Assembly: GCA_965153355.1 (NCBI GenBank)
Contig: OZ231126.1
Coordinates: 40,486,001 to 40,550,000 of the forward strand
Source: Flaccisagitta enflata
Lineage: Eukaryota
Length of the DNA: 64,000 bases
Direction: 5' to 3'
The translations under genes and the position numbers were made by a program. The notes below the pieces were generated by a model, which made no database searches, was not told the origin of the DNA, and saw only the letters and a program-made list of their open reading frames with translations. Positions 40,311-53,374 of this stretch are shown in pieces. Position 1 is the stretch's first letter; each line of letters begins with the position of its first letter.

Positions 40311-43300
40311 TCCCGCAGGAGGACGGTAACGACGTCTGCCATGTCCCTGCCATGTCCCGAGGTCGACGTATCGCTGTAATCGTCGTCTTCATCGACATTT
40401 CGCCTTCCTCCATATCCACGTCGTCCATCATCATCACCACGACGGTCCCCGCCATCGTCCCGGCGTCCATCGTGACGAGGATCGTGTTCATCCTGTCCTC
40501 GGTCGCCGCCTCTTTGACCATCGGCGGCCGCCGCCAGAAATGGCGCTGTCGATCTCACCACGTGGTTTCCCGTTGACGCCATCCCGAAGAGCCGTGAATT
40601 AATATCACCCTGATGCACGCCCGTCGACGCTGTGCCCAGACCCAACGACGCTCTCGACATCATCCCCGTTGTTGGAAGGTCGTGAGACTGTGGCGCCACA
40701 CTTTCTGTTGCCGAAAACTTTATCGCTTCCGCCGCCGGTAACTTCGCCGCAGTCGCCGCCTCAATCGCCGTAAGGCGGCGTTCCGACTCCGCCACCCTCT
40801 GGATCACCTCCTGTTGCGTCTTCAAAGCAGCATCTCTCTCTTTGATAGCTTGATCCCTCTCGGCCTCCACTTCAGCCATCGTCTTCCCATCCGAGCTCAA
40901 CATCGATCCAGCGAACCCGGTAAGCTGCTGCTCTTTGCTGTTCAGTTCAGCTCGGGTCAAAGTCAACTTTGATTCCAAATCTTCCAGCCTGTTAGACCAA
41001 TTAACAATACCGTGACCGTCTTTTTCCCTCCCAGATTCTCGATGCGCGCCCAACATCATTCTTGGAAAGCAGAACAACTCACACCACCGCCCCTCAGGTA
41101 AGATTAGTCACCATCAACAAGCGCCTTTCATGAATGATAGACTGACTGATCGATTGAATGAATGAATGAATGAATGAATGAATGATTGAACGAATGATTG
41201 AATGAATGAATGATTGAATGTATGAATGATTGACTACATGAATGAATGAATGAATGAATGACTGAATAAACAAATGAATGAATGAATAAATGAATGAAAG
41301 AATGAATGAATGAATGACTAAACAAATGAATTATTGCATGAATGACTGAATGAAAGAATGACTACACAAATGAATGAACGAATGAATGAATGACTAAACG
41401 AATGAATGAACTACTGAATGAACCAACGACTGAATGACTGAATTACTGAACGAATCAACGACTGAATGAATGAATGAATGAATAACCGAATGAATGAATG
41501 AATGAACAACTGAATGAACAACCGAATGAATGAATGAATGAATGAATAATTGAATGAATGAATGAATGAATAACTGATTGAATGAATGAAAGAATGAATA
41601 ACCGAATGAATGAATGAATGAATGAATGAATGAATGAATGAATAACCGAATGAACGAATGAATGAATGAATAACCGAATGAACGAATGAATGAATGAATG
41701 AATGAACAACCGAATGAACAACCGAATGAATGAATGAATGAATGAATGAATGAATAACCGAATGAATGAATGAATTAATAACCAAATGAATGAATGAAAG
41801 AATGAACAACCGAATGAATGAATGAATGAATGAATGAATGAATGAATGAATGAATGAATGAATGAATGAATGAATAACCGAATATGTGCCAACTTTCATT
41901 ACACAGAATTGCGAACGCAACGACGAGAGAAAATAACATCCGACGGACACACATGCGGCGAATCAATATCCGACATGCCCTAAAAATCTCCGCAAAACGA
42001 AAATAGAGAAAAAGACGACCGGACACTTTAGGTGGCGAGCGCATGCCGAGGACGAAATTGGATAACCAAACGGAGAAAAACAGGTGCGGAGAAATCAGTG
42101 TGAATGATACGAGTTGGTACATGATGAGTTATAGGAAACCCAAAGAAACTTATCAAGTCGCGATACAGCCTAGTTTGCAATAGCTACCGTTAAAAATTTT
42201 ACTAACACTTTCCCACTCTTACCAACTTATATCAATTTAACAACATCTAACACAATTTATAACAAATCTTATCAAAATTCCTAAAATTCTACCAAACCCT
42301 AACAAATTTAATAATTCCTAACAAATCTCATCAAATTTTGAATTTTGGCAGACTTCAACACATTCACACAAATATCATCGCAATTAATATAATATTAAAT
42401 TTCATTTATTTTATTTTACCAACTGTATAAGTTCTATTAACCTTCAATAGCTTTTATTAAATCTTATCAAATCTACACCATTTTAACAAACACTATTCAA
42501 ATCTATCAATTTTACTAAAAATATCAACAATTTTTAACAAATATCAACAATTTCTAATAACTTTTACCAAACTTTAGTAAATTTTAGTAAATTTCAACCA
42601 AAATAAAATTTTACAAAATTTTAACAACTTTCTCAGCAAAATTAACAAACTTTAACAACTTTCAGCAAATTTTAGCATATTTAACAAATTTAACAATTTT
42701 AACAAATTTTTAACAAAATTTTAACAAATTTAAACAAATTTTAGCAGATTTTAGCAGATTTTAGCAGATTTTATCAGATTTTATCAGATTTTAGCAAATT
42801 TAACCAATTTAACAAATTTTACAAAATTTCAACAATTTCTTAACAAATTTTAACAAACTGTAACAAATTTTAGCAAATTTAACATATTTAACATATTTAA
42901 CCAAGTTTAATCAATTCTAACTAATTCTCACAAAATTTAACAAAATTTTAACAAATTTTAACAAATTTTAACAAATTTTAACAAATTTTAACAGAATTTA
43001 ACAAAATTTTACCAGAGTTTAACATACTTCCACCAAATTTTATTTTGATCTAATTTAAGTTATTTGATCATTTCATATCTTATAACATTTTATCATATCA
43101 TTATCTTTCTGATCACACGCCTTTTCTTGTTTTCAACCTACATAGGTCCGATACTCTCCCCACGATGCCAGCCTACTGACCTATCATCCATCAACACAAC
43201 ATACGTGTCCCATCCACAGGTATCTACCTTTCTCTAGCAGCTGCCAGATCAGTACTCAATGTTTGATTCCGTAAACGAAGGTCTTCCTTCTCAGCTTCTA

Positions 43301-43969
43301 TCCTCTGATTAAGTTGAAACAAATTGTCGCGTTCAGTAGTAGTGTCTTGAAGCTTGCTTTCCAATTCAACGTCCACCTCCGGAGAAGTCACATGAAGTGG
43401 CAAAGAATAGTTTTCCGGACAATCCGGCACGCCGCAAGATTTCAGATATGCTGTGGATGCCCCAATCCGGTCCAAGTAATCCTTCTTTTGGCGTATCCCT
43501 TCTCTGTATAACAATTAGAATTGATCTGTCATTACAGGCCCTTGGGAAGAACAATGCCCGAATCTACCATCAAGATGACCACAAGAGACGAACATCCCAT
43601 CGTTTCCCACCCCATCGTTTCCCACCCCTTCGCGTTCCACACGAGTATGGATCAACAACCACATCGGACAATATGAAGACCAAATAAGACAATGTCAAGA
43701 TCTATTACCATCTGTGTGATATACCTTAGATTCTCGTTCTTTTGCCCCCTTCTTCCACAGCCAAATCGTCTGTAGACTTGCCCACCGACAGCCTCTTTGA
43801 TTTTATGACATTCATCAAGAGAAGATAGGTAGCAAACGCTACAGAATGTCTGTAGCAACTCCACGAACTTTACCAATGCCCCGAAAGTGCGTTTCGCGTT
43901 CAATACTTCCTGATTCAATTGATTGTCTTGTTCTATGAGTTCTTTCTCAGTCTCCCTGTTAACAACCAT
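40307..43969 (-). CDS. ORF1: predicted three-exon coiled-coil protein, about 400 aa, upstream of gag
   Basis: Exons 43969-43725, 43503-43228 and 40988-40307. Both introns are phase 2 (AAG|GTATAT...TACAG and AAG|GTAGAT...CTAACAG). The join gives a continuous coiled-coil-like run, LAAARERLEDLESKLTLTRAELNSKEQQL, and a D/R/G-rich tail. Confidence 0.68.
41130..41882. repeat. (GAAT)n microsatellite inside the LTR element (within predicted ORF1 intron 2)
   Basis: Visible directly; a shorter (GAAT)n at about 31700-31875 lies in predicted intron 4 of gene B. Confidence 0.95.
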
Positions 43970-44419
43970 ATTGATACGAATTTACAATCTATCCTCCTAT
44001 TTATGTACTGTCAGTCCGTCTGTCATATGTATGTTAATTTATCATTTACTAAAAATATGTATACTTTCTATCTTTTATAAGAACCTGTTAAGAACATCAC
44101 GCTTTTACTCAATTTAAACCAATAACACATCACTCCTCCACCAATTACCTAAAAGACGTGATGGTCTCAACGTCCTCAAAAACATAAAAAGTGTATCATA
44201 TAGTCCCGCACAATAGAGCACCGACCAACACATCCCTGTGACACAGCCGGTGACTTGGCCTACCCACCCGCTGTGTCACCGGGACATCCATCATCCAATA
44301 CCGACAAAAGACGGAGACTTACAGTAGATACAAACACCCTACTCGATTTTCAATGCAAATGAAGCCCAAAAATTATTCCCCCCCTCCTGATCCCCACATT
44401 GCCCACAACGCGAAATGAC

Positions 44420-44431
44420 CGCTGCTAACCA
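44420..44431 (-). promoter_or_regulatory. Primer binding site, initiator-Met tRNA-like
   Basis: TGGTTAGCAGCG directly follows the LTR end ...TAACA. It matches the complement of an iMet tRNA 3' end CGCUGCUACCA with one extra base. Confidence 0.7.
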
Positions 44432-44890
44432 TGTTAAGTTACTATTCAATGTACTGTTAATAATCTGAATTACTTGTTAGACTAGAAGTTTTCAACTCTT
44501 TCCTGAATACTTAGGTAGCATGGAATAGGCCAGGGTTATTACGTTGCAAGCAATGTTATATTAATAGGTGACAAGCAAGAACCAATAGTTAGGTAACAAT
44601 TTAAACTTACATGTTTATGGAGCATGTGTTGACCCAAGGTAACTTTAGTGGAGGATCCACATACAATGTGATCCTCCCTTTTATAGTCAGATATTTTCTA
44701 CGTAATAAGCTCCACGTATTTAAGAATAACTATTCCAACATGATTCCACGTAGATTAAAGCCACATAAAGTTAGATATATGTTTGAGTTAAACATGATAC
44801 TTTGAACTAGATTAAAGGCGCCTTTGGAAACAAACATAGATGAGAACAGGAATATGTTTCTATCACGTTGCGCACTTTATATTTGCAACG
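44432..44890 (-). repeat. 5' LTR
   Basis: Direct repeat of 28448-28906; TATAAAA on the minus strand near 44680; followed by the PBS. Confidence 0.95.
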
Positions 44891-44897
44891 TGTGGGT

Positions 44898-44947
<50 letters not shown>

Positions 44948-44951
44948 GCGT

Positions 44952-44993
<42 letters not shown>

Positions 44994-45269
44994 AACTGAA
45001 TATGTTAGTCTATCAGCGAGTCAGTTCTGTGGTTCATGTTTTTTGTAAAGGCATTTGTGCAACTGCCCCTGCCCACAGTCACGCGACTAGATTGTGTGTG
45101 TATATGGCCTCTTTGTTTTAGTGTTGGTGACCTCAATAATTTTCGTGCACTCTTTTTCAGTGTAGAAGAAAAGATCAACGTAAGAAAACGAGGAGAAAAT
45201 TCAAATTTCAAAAAGTTTTTAAACTTTTTCTTTTTTAAACTTTTCCGTTACCCTAACGATGACGAAGCA

Positions 45270-45331
<62 letters not shown>

Positions 45332-45432
45332 GGTTCCGAAGTGTGAAAAAAAGTGCGCCGGTTAGCTCATGCTATGTATGGGAATGAAGGGGTTGCATAC
45401 TGTTCGAGCCCCACATAGAAGGGTGCCACTCG

Positions 45433-45674
45433 GAGGGGGAGCGGCCCTTCCTATGTGTCTCCCTGGCACTATGCATCTTATAACTCCAATAAATAGAATG
45501 GTCTCTGGTGTTGGTAGAGATATACATGTATTTGGAGAAGAACACAGTGAAGATGCTCAGGAGAATGAATGGATGAATCCAGGTCAAGATGAGGACATAC
45601 TCTTCCTTATAAAGCCGCGATCTTAATGGGCAGAGAAGAGGATGAATATCTACGTGAGCTAATGGGGAGAGGGG
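45433..45674 (+). repeat. 242-bp dispersed direct repeat, copy 2
   Basis: Near-identical to 15694-15935. Confidence 0.92.
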
Positions 45675-45681
45675 GGGAGGG

Positions 45682-45720
<39 letters not shown>

Positions 45721-45767
45721 AAGGCTGGAATGATGACCAAGTTTTCATCAGCCCATACTGTTATTAT

Positions 45768-45808
<41 letters not shown>

Positions 45809-45829
45809 AGAAAGAGACACACATAAGAA

Positions 45830-45946
45830 AGAGAGAAAGAGAATGAGAGAAAGACTCAGAGAGAGACAGAGAGACACACAAACACACAGACAGGATATCA
45901 ATATACAGATTTGATTTCATGCAATATGATTATAGAAGAGAAAAAC

Positions 45947-46032
<86 letters not shown>

Positions 46033-47325
46033 GAGAGAGAGACAGAGAGAGAGAGAGGGGGGAGATACAGAGGAAAAAAATGTTTAAAAAGATAAAACTT
46101 GTGATTGACACTAAACTTCATGTACTATACAATGAAAAATGAATGGAAATGAGGATTCTGTATTGAATTCTAATGTCTTTGTCCATATTTTTCAGCTTGG
46201 GATTGTAAGGAAATCTGCGATTGATGATAGCTTGGGAAATTTGATTTACTTGACTTTTTCCAACAGGATGCTGTCTTGAGGGATCTATCAATATATCATT
46301 GTTTTGACTATCTTAGAAATACAGTGAACTACCGCAAGAATGTCTTGTTGGTTGGGTACGAGGCTATGATTAGTTGAGGGGCAAAAAGCAATTATCTATT
46401 TTCCAATGAAGCTATAATTGATCTTGCTTATTAGATTGGTGGAGTGATAGATAAAAGTCGTAAAATAGGTGGACAAATCGAGGTTTACGTGTCTCAAGTG
46501 ACAAAAATGCAATCTTCATCAAAGCAGTTTACAATTTTTTGTGTTCTATTTCTTGTGATATGATGTAAGCAACAAAAAATAGGCGTCATGTAAAAATGGC
46601 ACACATTCTCTTGTACTTCCTTTTTCCACTAATTACTGTCTATTCAGAAATGCAAACTGATAAATCTAATTAATAATTTTTTCCATTCACATACAACTAG
46701 AACATGTCTATCTACCTCTCAGTATGTCTGTCTGCCTTCTATTGGACTTCCATTGATATTGACATATTTGTCAAAAAAGTTGCTTACACATCTTTGCATT
46801 TGTTGATTAAACATGTATAAAAGATGTTCAAATTTTCTTCAGAAAAAGTGGTTTTGAAGATTTTTAAAAGATCATTTCTAGGTCTACATTTTCATCAGTT
46901 TACAGATAACTGCATTTTTTTTTCAATAAGAGGTCTCAAAAATGAAATTTCCAATGTTTTTTTTTCAAACTTATGCTAATGGCTAAATCAACAACTCAAA
47001 AAAGTGTTTCCTTTCCAAAATTTGTGAAGTAATATGAAATAAGAATAAAGGAATTTAATTTATTACAATGACAGTCACAAAACAATCAATTTAAAAAAGT
47101 ATGCTAAGATCATAAAAAAGAAAACAAAAAACAGATAAGTAAAAAAGTTTTGATGCAGCAAGAACAATTAATTGTTCCATAGTATGGAAGAAGGTTGTGA
47201 TTTTGTTGGAGGGGGGGGCGGGATGTGCAGAAGAGTATTTTACAAACAAGGATGTCTTTCTTACATCCCTTATTAAACAACCATTGATTGAAAAAAATAA
47301 GAGAGAGAATGAGAGAGAGAAAGAA

Positions 47326-47380
<55 letters not shown>

Positions 47381-47594
47381 TAGAAAGAGAGACTCAGAGA
47401 GAGACAGACAGATACACAAACACACAGACAGGATATCAATATACAGATTTGATTTCATGCAATACAATTATAGAATAAGAAAACAAAAAAAAGTAAAAAA
47501 AAGAGACAGACAGACAAACATAAACACAGACAGGATATCAATATACAGTGTTGATTTCATGCAATACAATAGAATAGGAAAACATAAGAAAAAA

Positions 47595-47641
<47 letters not shown>

Positions 47642-47780
47642 TTAGAAAAAAGAAACTCCTAACATGACGCTGAACTACACGGAAACTATGGAAGAAAGGA
47701 TTCTGCATTTAATTCTAATGCCCTTGTCCTTAATTTTAAGCTCGGGTATAGTGAGGGATATTGTTCCACTTGTCATACTT
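45830..47780. repeat. Diverged local duplications with (GA)n tracts
   Basis: ACACAGACAGGATATCAATATACAG-TTGATTTCATGCAATA near 45885, 47420 and 47525; 46120-46215 resembles 47670-47760. Confidence 0.7.
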
Positions 47781-48028
47781 CTTTAGGTAATGTGAAAGAG
47801 GGGAAGCCAGTCTCTTGAAGCCATCACTCTGGAATCGTTTTTGTCCACTTGATTGGCCGGGTGGCTGGCAGAAGCAATGATCTACTTTTTGGATGCAAAC
47901 ATAATCATTTTTTCGCTTTTAGCTCCGATCAATTTGGCGGTTTTCGTAAAATAGATTGACTGCACAAGTTTTACGAGTCTCAAGGGACATTTCTATATAG
48001 ATTCTTAAAAGGGTTAAGGTTGTAAAAT

Positions 48029-48086
<58 letters not shown>

Positions 48087-48756
48087 GATCTGGTACTTTT
48101 CCATTGAGAGAGAGAGATCTGGATCCGGTACTTTTCCATTGATACATCAATGAAAAAAGCACTTGTGACATTCAAAATATTCTGTCTCATTCTGTTGTTA
48201 CATCAGTCTTATGTTATCTGTCATCAAATCAGACAACTGTCGCAATCACACTCGCCTAGGCATTGTCAGGATATATGTTTGGGCAGGATATATATAAATA
48301 TGGCAGTAGCGCAATTCAATGCCCCTTCTAACAGAGCAATTGACCTATCAACAGTCCAAACTCCCAAGACTTATCTAATATATTGTGTGTCAACGAATAA
48401 AAAGTGTTCCTATTTTTGGACTATTTTCATCTGTTCTTACTATCTTTTTTAAAGAATCTGTTTTGAATGGGTTCTTCAAAATCTTATTCGGCAGAGTTGA
48501 ACCAATGACGTACTAGATAGTAAATCAACGCAAATTGGGTAAGTTACTTGTTATTTCCTTATTTGGTCATGGGGAAATCTCTGCTCCTCCCTCCTCCTCC
48601 TCCTCCTCCTCCTCCCCCTTTCTTCTTGTTATTTCCTTATTTGGTCATGCCGAAAAAGTTGCGTTGATCACGTGGAGACCATGAAAGTCTTAAAAGGAGA
48701 GTTCTATGCTACTTTTTGCATTTGCAACTGCAACGTTTTGCCTGGATGCGAATTTG

Positions 48757-49400
<644 letters not shown>

Positions 49401-49548
49401 AGAAAGAAAGAAGAATTATTATCATAATTATTATAATTGTTATTCTCAAACAGAGTAGACTAAAAAAACACCAAAAGAGATGGTAGAAAGATAAGATAAA
49501 AAATTGACATTTCTCCCATTTTCCTTTCTTTCAGATGTAAAAAACAGT

Positions 49549-52500
49549 ATGTGGCAGGGTGCCACAAGTAGTGAGGAGGAGGAGGAGGAGGAAATCTATC
49601 AAACTTTTAAAACTGCACAAGCGAGTGAACCACCATCTAAAAAAGGTACGAAATCAAAAAGCCATCTAGCTTTGATCAAAATCTGTTCTAACTAACTGAC
49701 AAAATCTGTAAGACAACGAGAGAGCGTCAAAAACATTTTTCTTCAAGTTTCTTTTGTAAAAGACTTTTTGTTACACATTTCATAGTAAAAACGCCAAATT
49801 CTAACCACTAGTAAACGCGGCATTTGTCTCTATGAGTGTCTGTTTGTTTCTGTCTGTTTGTGTCTATTTATCTCTCTGTGCCTGTCTGTGCCTGTCTGTG
49901 TCTGCCTGTTGCTTGTGTGTCTGTGTGTATCTCTCTCTTTCACTATTTCCTCTGTCTGTCTCAGTCTGTAAAGAATGAATGAGTGTGTAAATGTGTGAGC
50001 ATATAATCTCAACATGTATGAGTGCATAAAAATGTAAAACTAGTAAACGCGAGAGCAAATGTGAGAGCAAATGCAACAATTGCAAGTATAAACAGGTGAG
50101 CAAGTGTAAAAGTGTAAGTATGAATGTAAATGAGATCATGTTAGAACGACTGCTTGCGATATCAAAGTCAATTGAATGAAGTATGCCATCACAGACTTCA
50201 AGTTATACCATCATAAACTTCAAGGTATTCCATTGTATAGGGTATTTTGATTACAAAGTATGCCATCATGGGTTTCAATGTATGCCATCATGGGCTTCCA
50301 GACAACAACGATTGACCAACCAACCAACAAACATATAGAATTGGAAGCTGTTCATCATGGACTGAATATTGCAAAGGAAAAAGAGAGAATAAGGCCGGAT
50401 ACAAGGTCAATACCAGTCGCGGACGGATGGGCAGGGGTGGAAATGTGCGTTTTTGCACTTTCTCAACTCGATCACCATGACCAACAGACCAACCGCCGGA
50501 CAAAGCCTTTTATAGAGTTGCTAGTCTGCAACTAAAAAGGCTAGATAAGTCATCAGTCATTATTCTATTCATTTTCGTTTATTCAGCTAAAATTGACATG
50601 AATCGATTGAATTCTCAAGATGAAGTCGAAGATGATGTACAACCTCACTGTTTGCGGTACACAGACAGACAAGATTATGACGCACAAACGGGAAACAGTG
50701 CACGATCAGTCGGCGGTGCACAAAGACTCAGTACACGACGACGAATAGAGAGTAAAAAAAGCAAAGGAAAAGGCAAAAGTAAAAATGAAAGAGGAAAGGG
50801 CAAAAGTAAACGCAAGCGTGAATGGCTTGGTAGAGGACAAGGATATTTTGATTATGAACATACAGCCAAGTCTTTCTTTAAGGTTTCGGACAAGATTGGA
50901 AAAGCACGGTCGAGTTTTGAAAAAAAAAAGAATCGAAAGAGGAAAATAAGAATCCATTTAAGGAAAGAGGACAGATGTCCCATCTGTTACAAAAAACTAC
51001 GGAATGATTTTGAAAAAAACTCACATTTCCGGTCATGTTTATTTGGTGCTAAGTCAAAGCAAGGGGGTGCGGATACAGATGCGGACACAGATACAGAGAC
51101 AGAGACAGAGACAGAAAGAGACAGACAGAATGAAGCTCAGAATGAAGAACAGAATGAAGAACAGAATGAAGCGCAAAATGACACATTCCAAATATGGCGC
51201 AAAAAGTTTTATCATCGGCGTCTCTTTTACACTTATTACAAGAACATAATCATTGAAACAGATCTAAGTTGAAACTTTGGTCGATTACGACCTTTGTTAC
51301 AAACAGAAATTGAACAACGTTTAGAACAAGACAAAAGTATCAAAGTTGGTCTTAACACTTCCATTTTATTAGGCAAAATAATTTGATACTGATGTAGAAA
51401 ATTATCATCTGCAGAGGATTGAATATGTTTTTACTGGCCTGATTGAAATAACATATTCTAATCAGATTGATGACTTACTGGAATTTTTCTACAATCACAC
51501 TGAAAATACAATAGCCTCATACCTTGATTCAGGATCAAATTTTGTCCTAATAAACCTTATTCAATATAGACTTGAGTGTGTCAAGTTAGCTGGTATGGCT
51601 GCGAGAAAATATCAAAAGTTGCCTGATAGCATAAAACCGAAATATGTCATTCAATTATATAATCTCAAGAGAGAATGTCTACTGATGGTTATCACATTGC
51701 ATATTACTATGCAAAAACGATATAGAGGGTTCCCAAAAAGTCATTGGTCGAGCCTGTTACCAAGCATTCTGAATGATGAACAATTTGAGCTGATGTGTAG
51801 TGAAACCTACAACGATTTGTTTGCTAAGAGTGGTCATTTGTTTCCTCTCAAATCAGGGAAACAAAACTTTCAAAAATTGAAATCAGCCCTTGATCTAGAA
51901 GATTATTATTTCAATATAATATGGAGTGGTGAAAATGGTGTTATAACTGTGTACGCCGATGCTGGAAAGAAAAATTTTGTGGGTACAACAGAGGAACAAC
52001 AGATACAAGATTTTGAACAGTTTTCAATCGATATCCTGATTTTCAATGAAAAGCCGGTAAATTTAATGAAAACAATTCAGTCTGGCCATGCGGCTCTGAT
52101 TTGTAATTTGTCCGCTCTCATAGATCAAATACGGGACAGGCGGAGACACGCTCACTTTTACTGTCGTTTATGTTCTTTTCATTATCGTAAGAGGGCCGTG
52201 TTTCTGGATCACATCAAAAATGATTGTTTGAAAAGAAACCCTGATTATCAATCAATTACCATGCCTAGTCCAAATCATAAAAATAGGCTGAAGCCAAAAG
52301 AACCAGAGCTTTTGACAAATGAAAAAAAGGGGCTAATTGGCCCTGTATTCATTGCAGTAGCTGACATTGAAGTATCCTTCGCTAAGACTGAAAATGCTGA
52401 ACAAAGGTTGAATGATGGTGAGATTCTAAATGAAGACTGTTTTGGTGTGGTCGCATCAGCTTGCTTGACCCCCACTATGGAATTTTCATGTTACGATACA

Positions 52501-52659
52501 CCAGAGATACGTTCTTACAAATCGCATACATATCAACCAATCATAACGGACGGCGAATTTTGCGTGTATGATATGATAGTTGCCTTGATTAAGCAATTGC
52601 AAACAGCAAAAATGCACCTTGACCATATTTGTGAGTTCTACACACTGATAAAAAAATGA
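49549..52659 (+). pseudogene. Polinton/Maverick-type protein-primed DNA polymerase B, N-terminal half only, disrupted
   Basis: Motif order typical of Polinton pPolB: SIKVGL, DSGSNF, YQKLPDSIKPKYVIQLYNLKRECLL, HAALICNLSAL, FYCRLC...FLDHIKNDC, ITMP, ExoI-like VFIAVADIEVSF. Stop at 51270-51272 and a frameshift near 51380. Predicted upstream exon at 49535-49645. Polymerase catalytic motifs are absent. Confidence 0.75.
50390..50538 (-). mobile_element. HINE/DINE-1-like element inside the predicted pPolB intron
   Basis: Minus strand reads TTTTT, hairpin AGTTGC-agacta-GCAACT, then CCCCTGCCCATCCGTCCGCGACTGG...TGTATCCGGCCTTATT, the same 3' end as 253-470. Confidence 0.72.
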
Positions 52660-53374
52660 AAATTATATTTGTTGATATTATAATTTTTGGTTCCAAAGTT
52701 ATATTTTTCAAATTTTTGTCTTATTATATAGATTATATAGTTGGGTCGACTCTTTCTTTTTTTTATCAAAATGGTCCTTGGGGAGGTCGCTATCATTGTT
52801 CAAAAGATGAGCATTAGTGCTTCAGCGGTGTGCTAGCTAGGAACGATTAACTGTTATTACACCAGTTATACAATGACGCTCCAAAAAATTTTACTGAAAC
52901 ACTTATTTGAGGATTGATCATGGTCTCCACTATCAGGAAAAATCCATACATTTACATATAGAGTGCTGCAGTTAAAAAAAATGGCTGCAAAGAAAAAGCC
53001 TTAAAGTTATATTGATTGTATTTTCTGCGCCGGCAAGTCGAGAAACTGTATAATCGATCTAATTGGACTCTAAAATTTTGGTCCAAAAATGGAAAAAAAA
53101 AAAAACATTGGAAATCGACAAATTATCGTGAAAAAAGGGCCTAAAAAAATTTGATAAAAAAAGTTAAAGTCCGGGAGTATTATAATCCATATAATAATAC
53201 TTAAAAAAAAAAAAAAATATTCTGGATTTAGACGTTTCAAACAAAAATAAAAATTGGAAAAAAAGTTGAAAAAGAGTTAAAGTTTTTTTAATTATATTTA
53301 GAGTCTAATTTAAAACATAAAATTTTGCCAATCTGACAAAATATCTCAAAACGCCTAAGTTTTTTGTTCTTTTG

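Larger units (their letters stand above)
28448..44890 (-). mobile_element. Full-length Ty3/Gypsy-type LTR retrotransposon (16.4 kb) with accessory genes
   Basis: Two 459-bp direct repeats, a PBS next to the right-hand repeat, gag, and pol in PR-RT-RH-INT order. (TG)n on both flanks (28407-28447 and 44891-44990). Confidence 0.96.

Noticed and set aside
41096-43687. A third antisense spliced gene (plus-strand donor CAG|GTAAGA near 41097, acceptors near 43145 and 43537)
   Set aside because: I could not assemble a consistent open frame; the minus-strand ORF1 model explains the region better.
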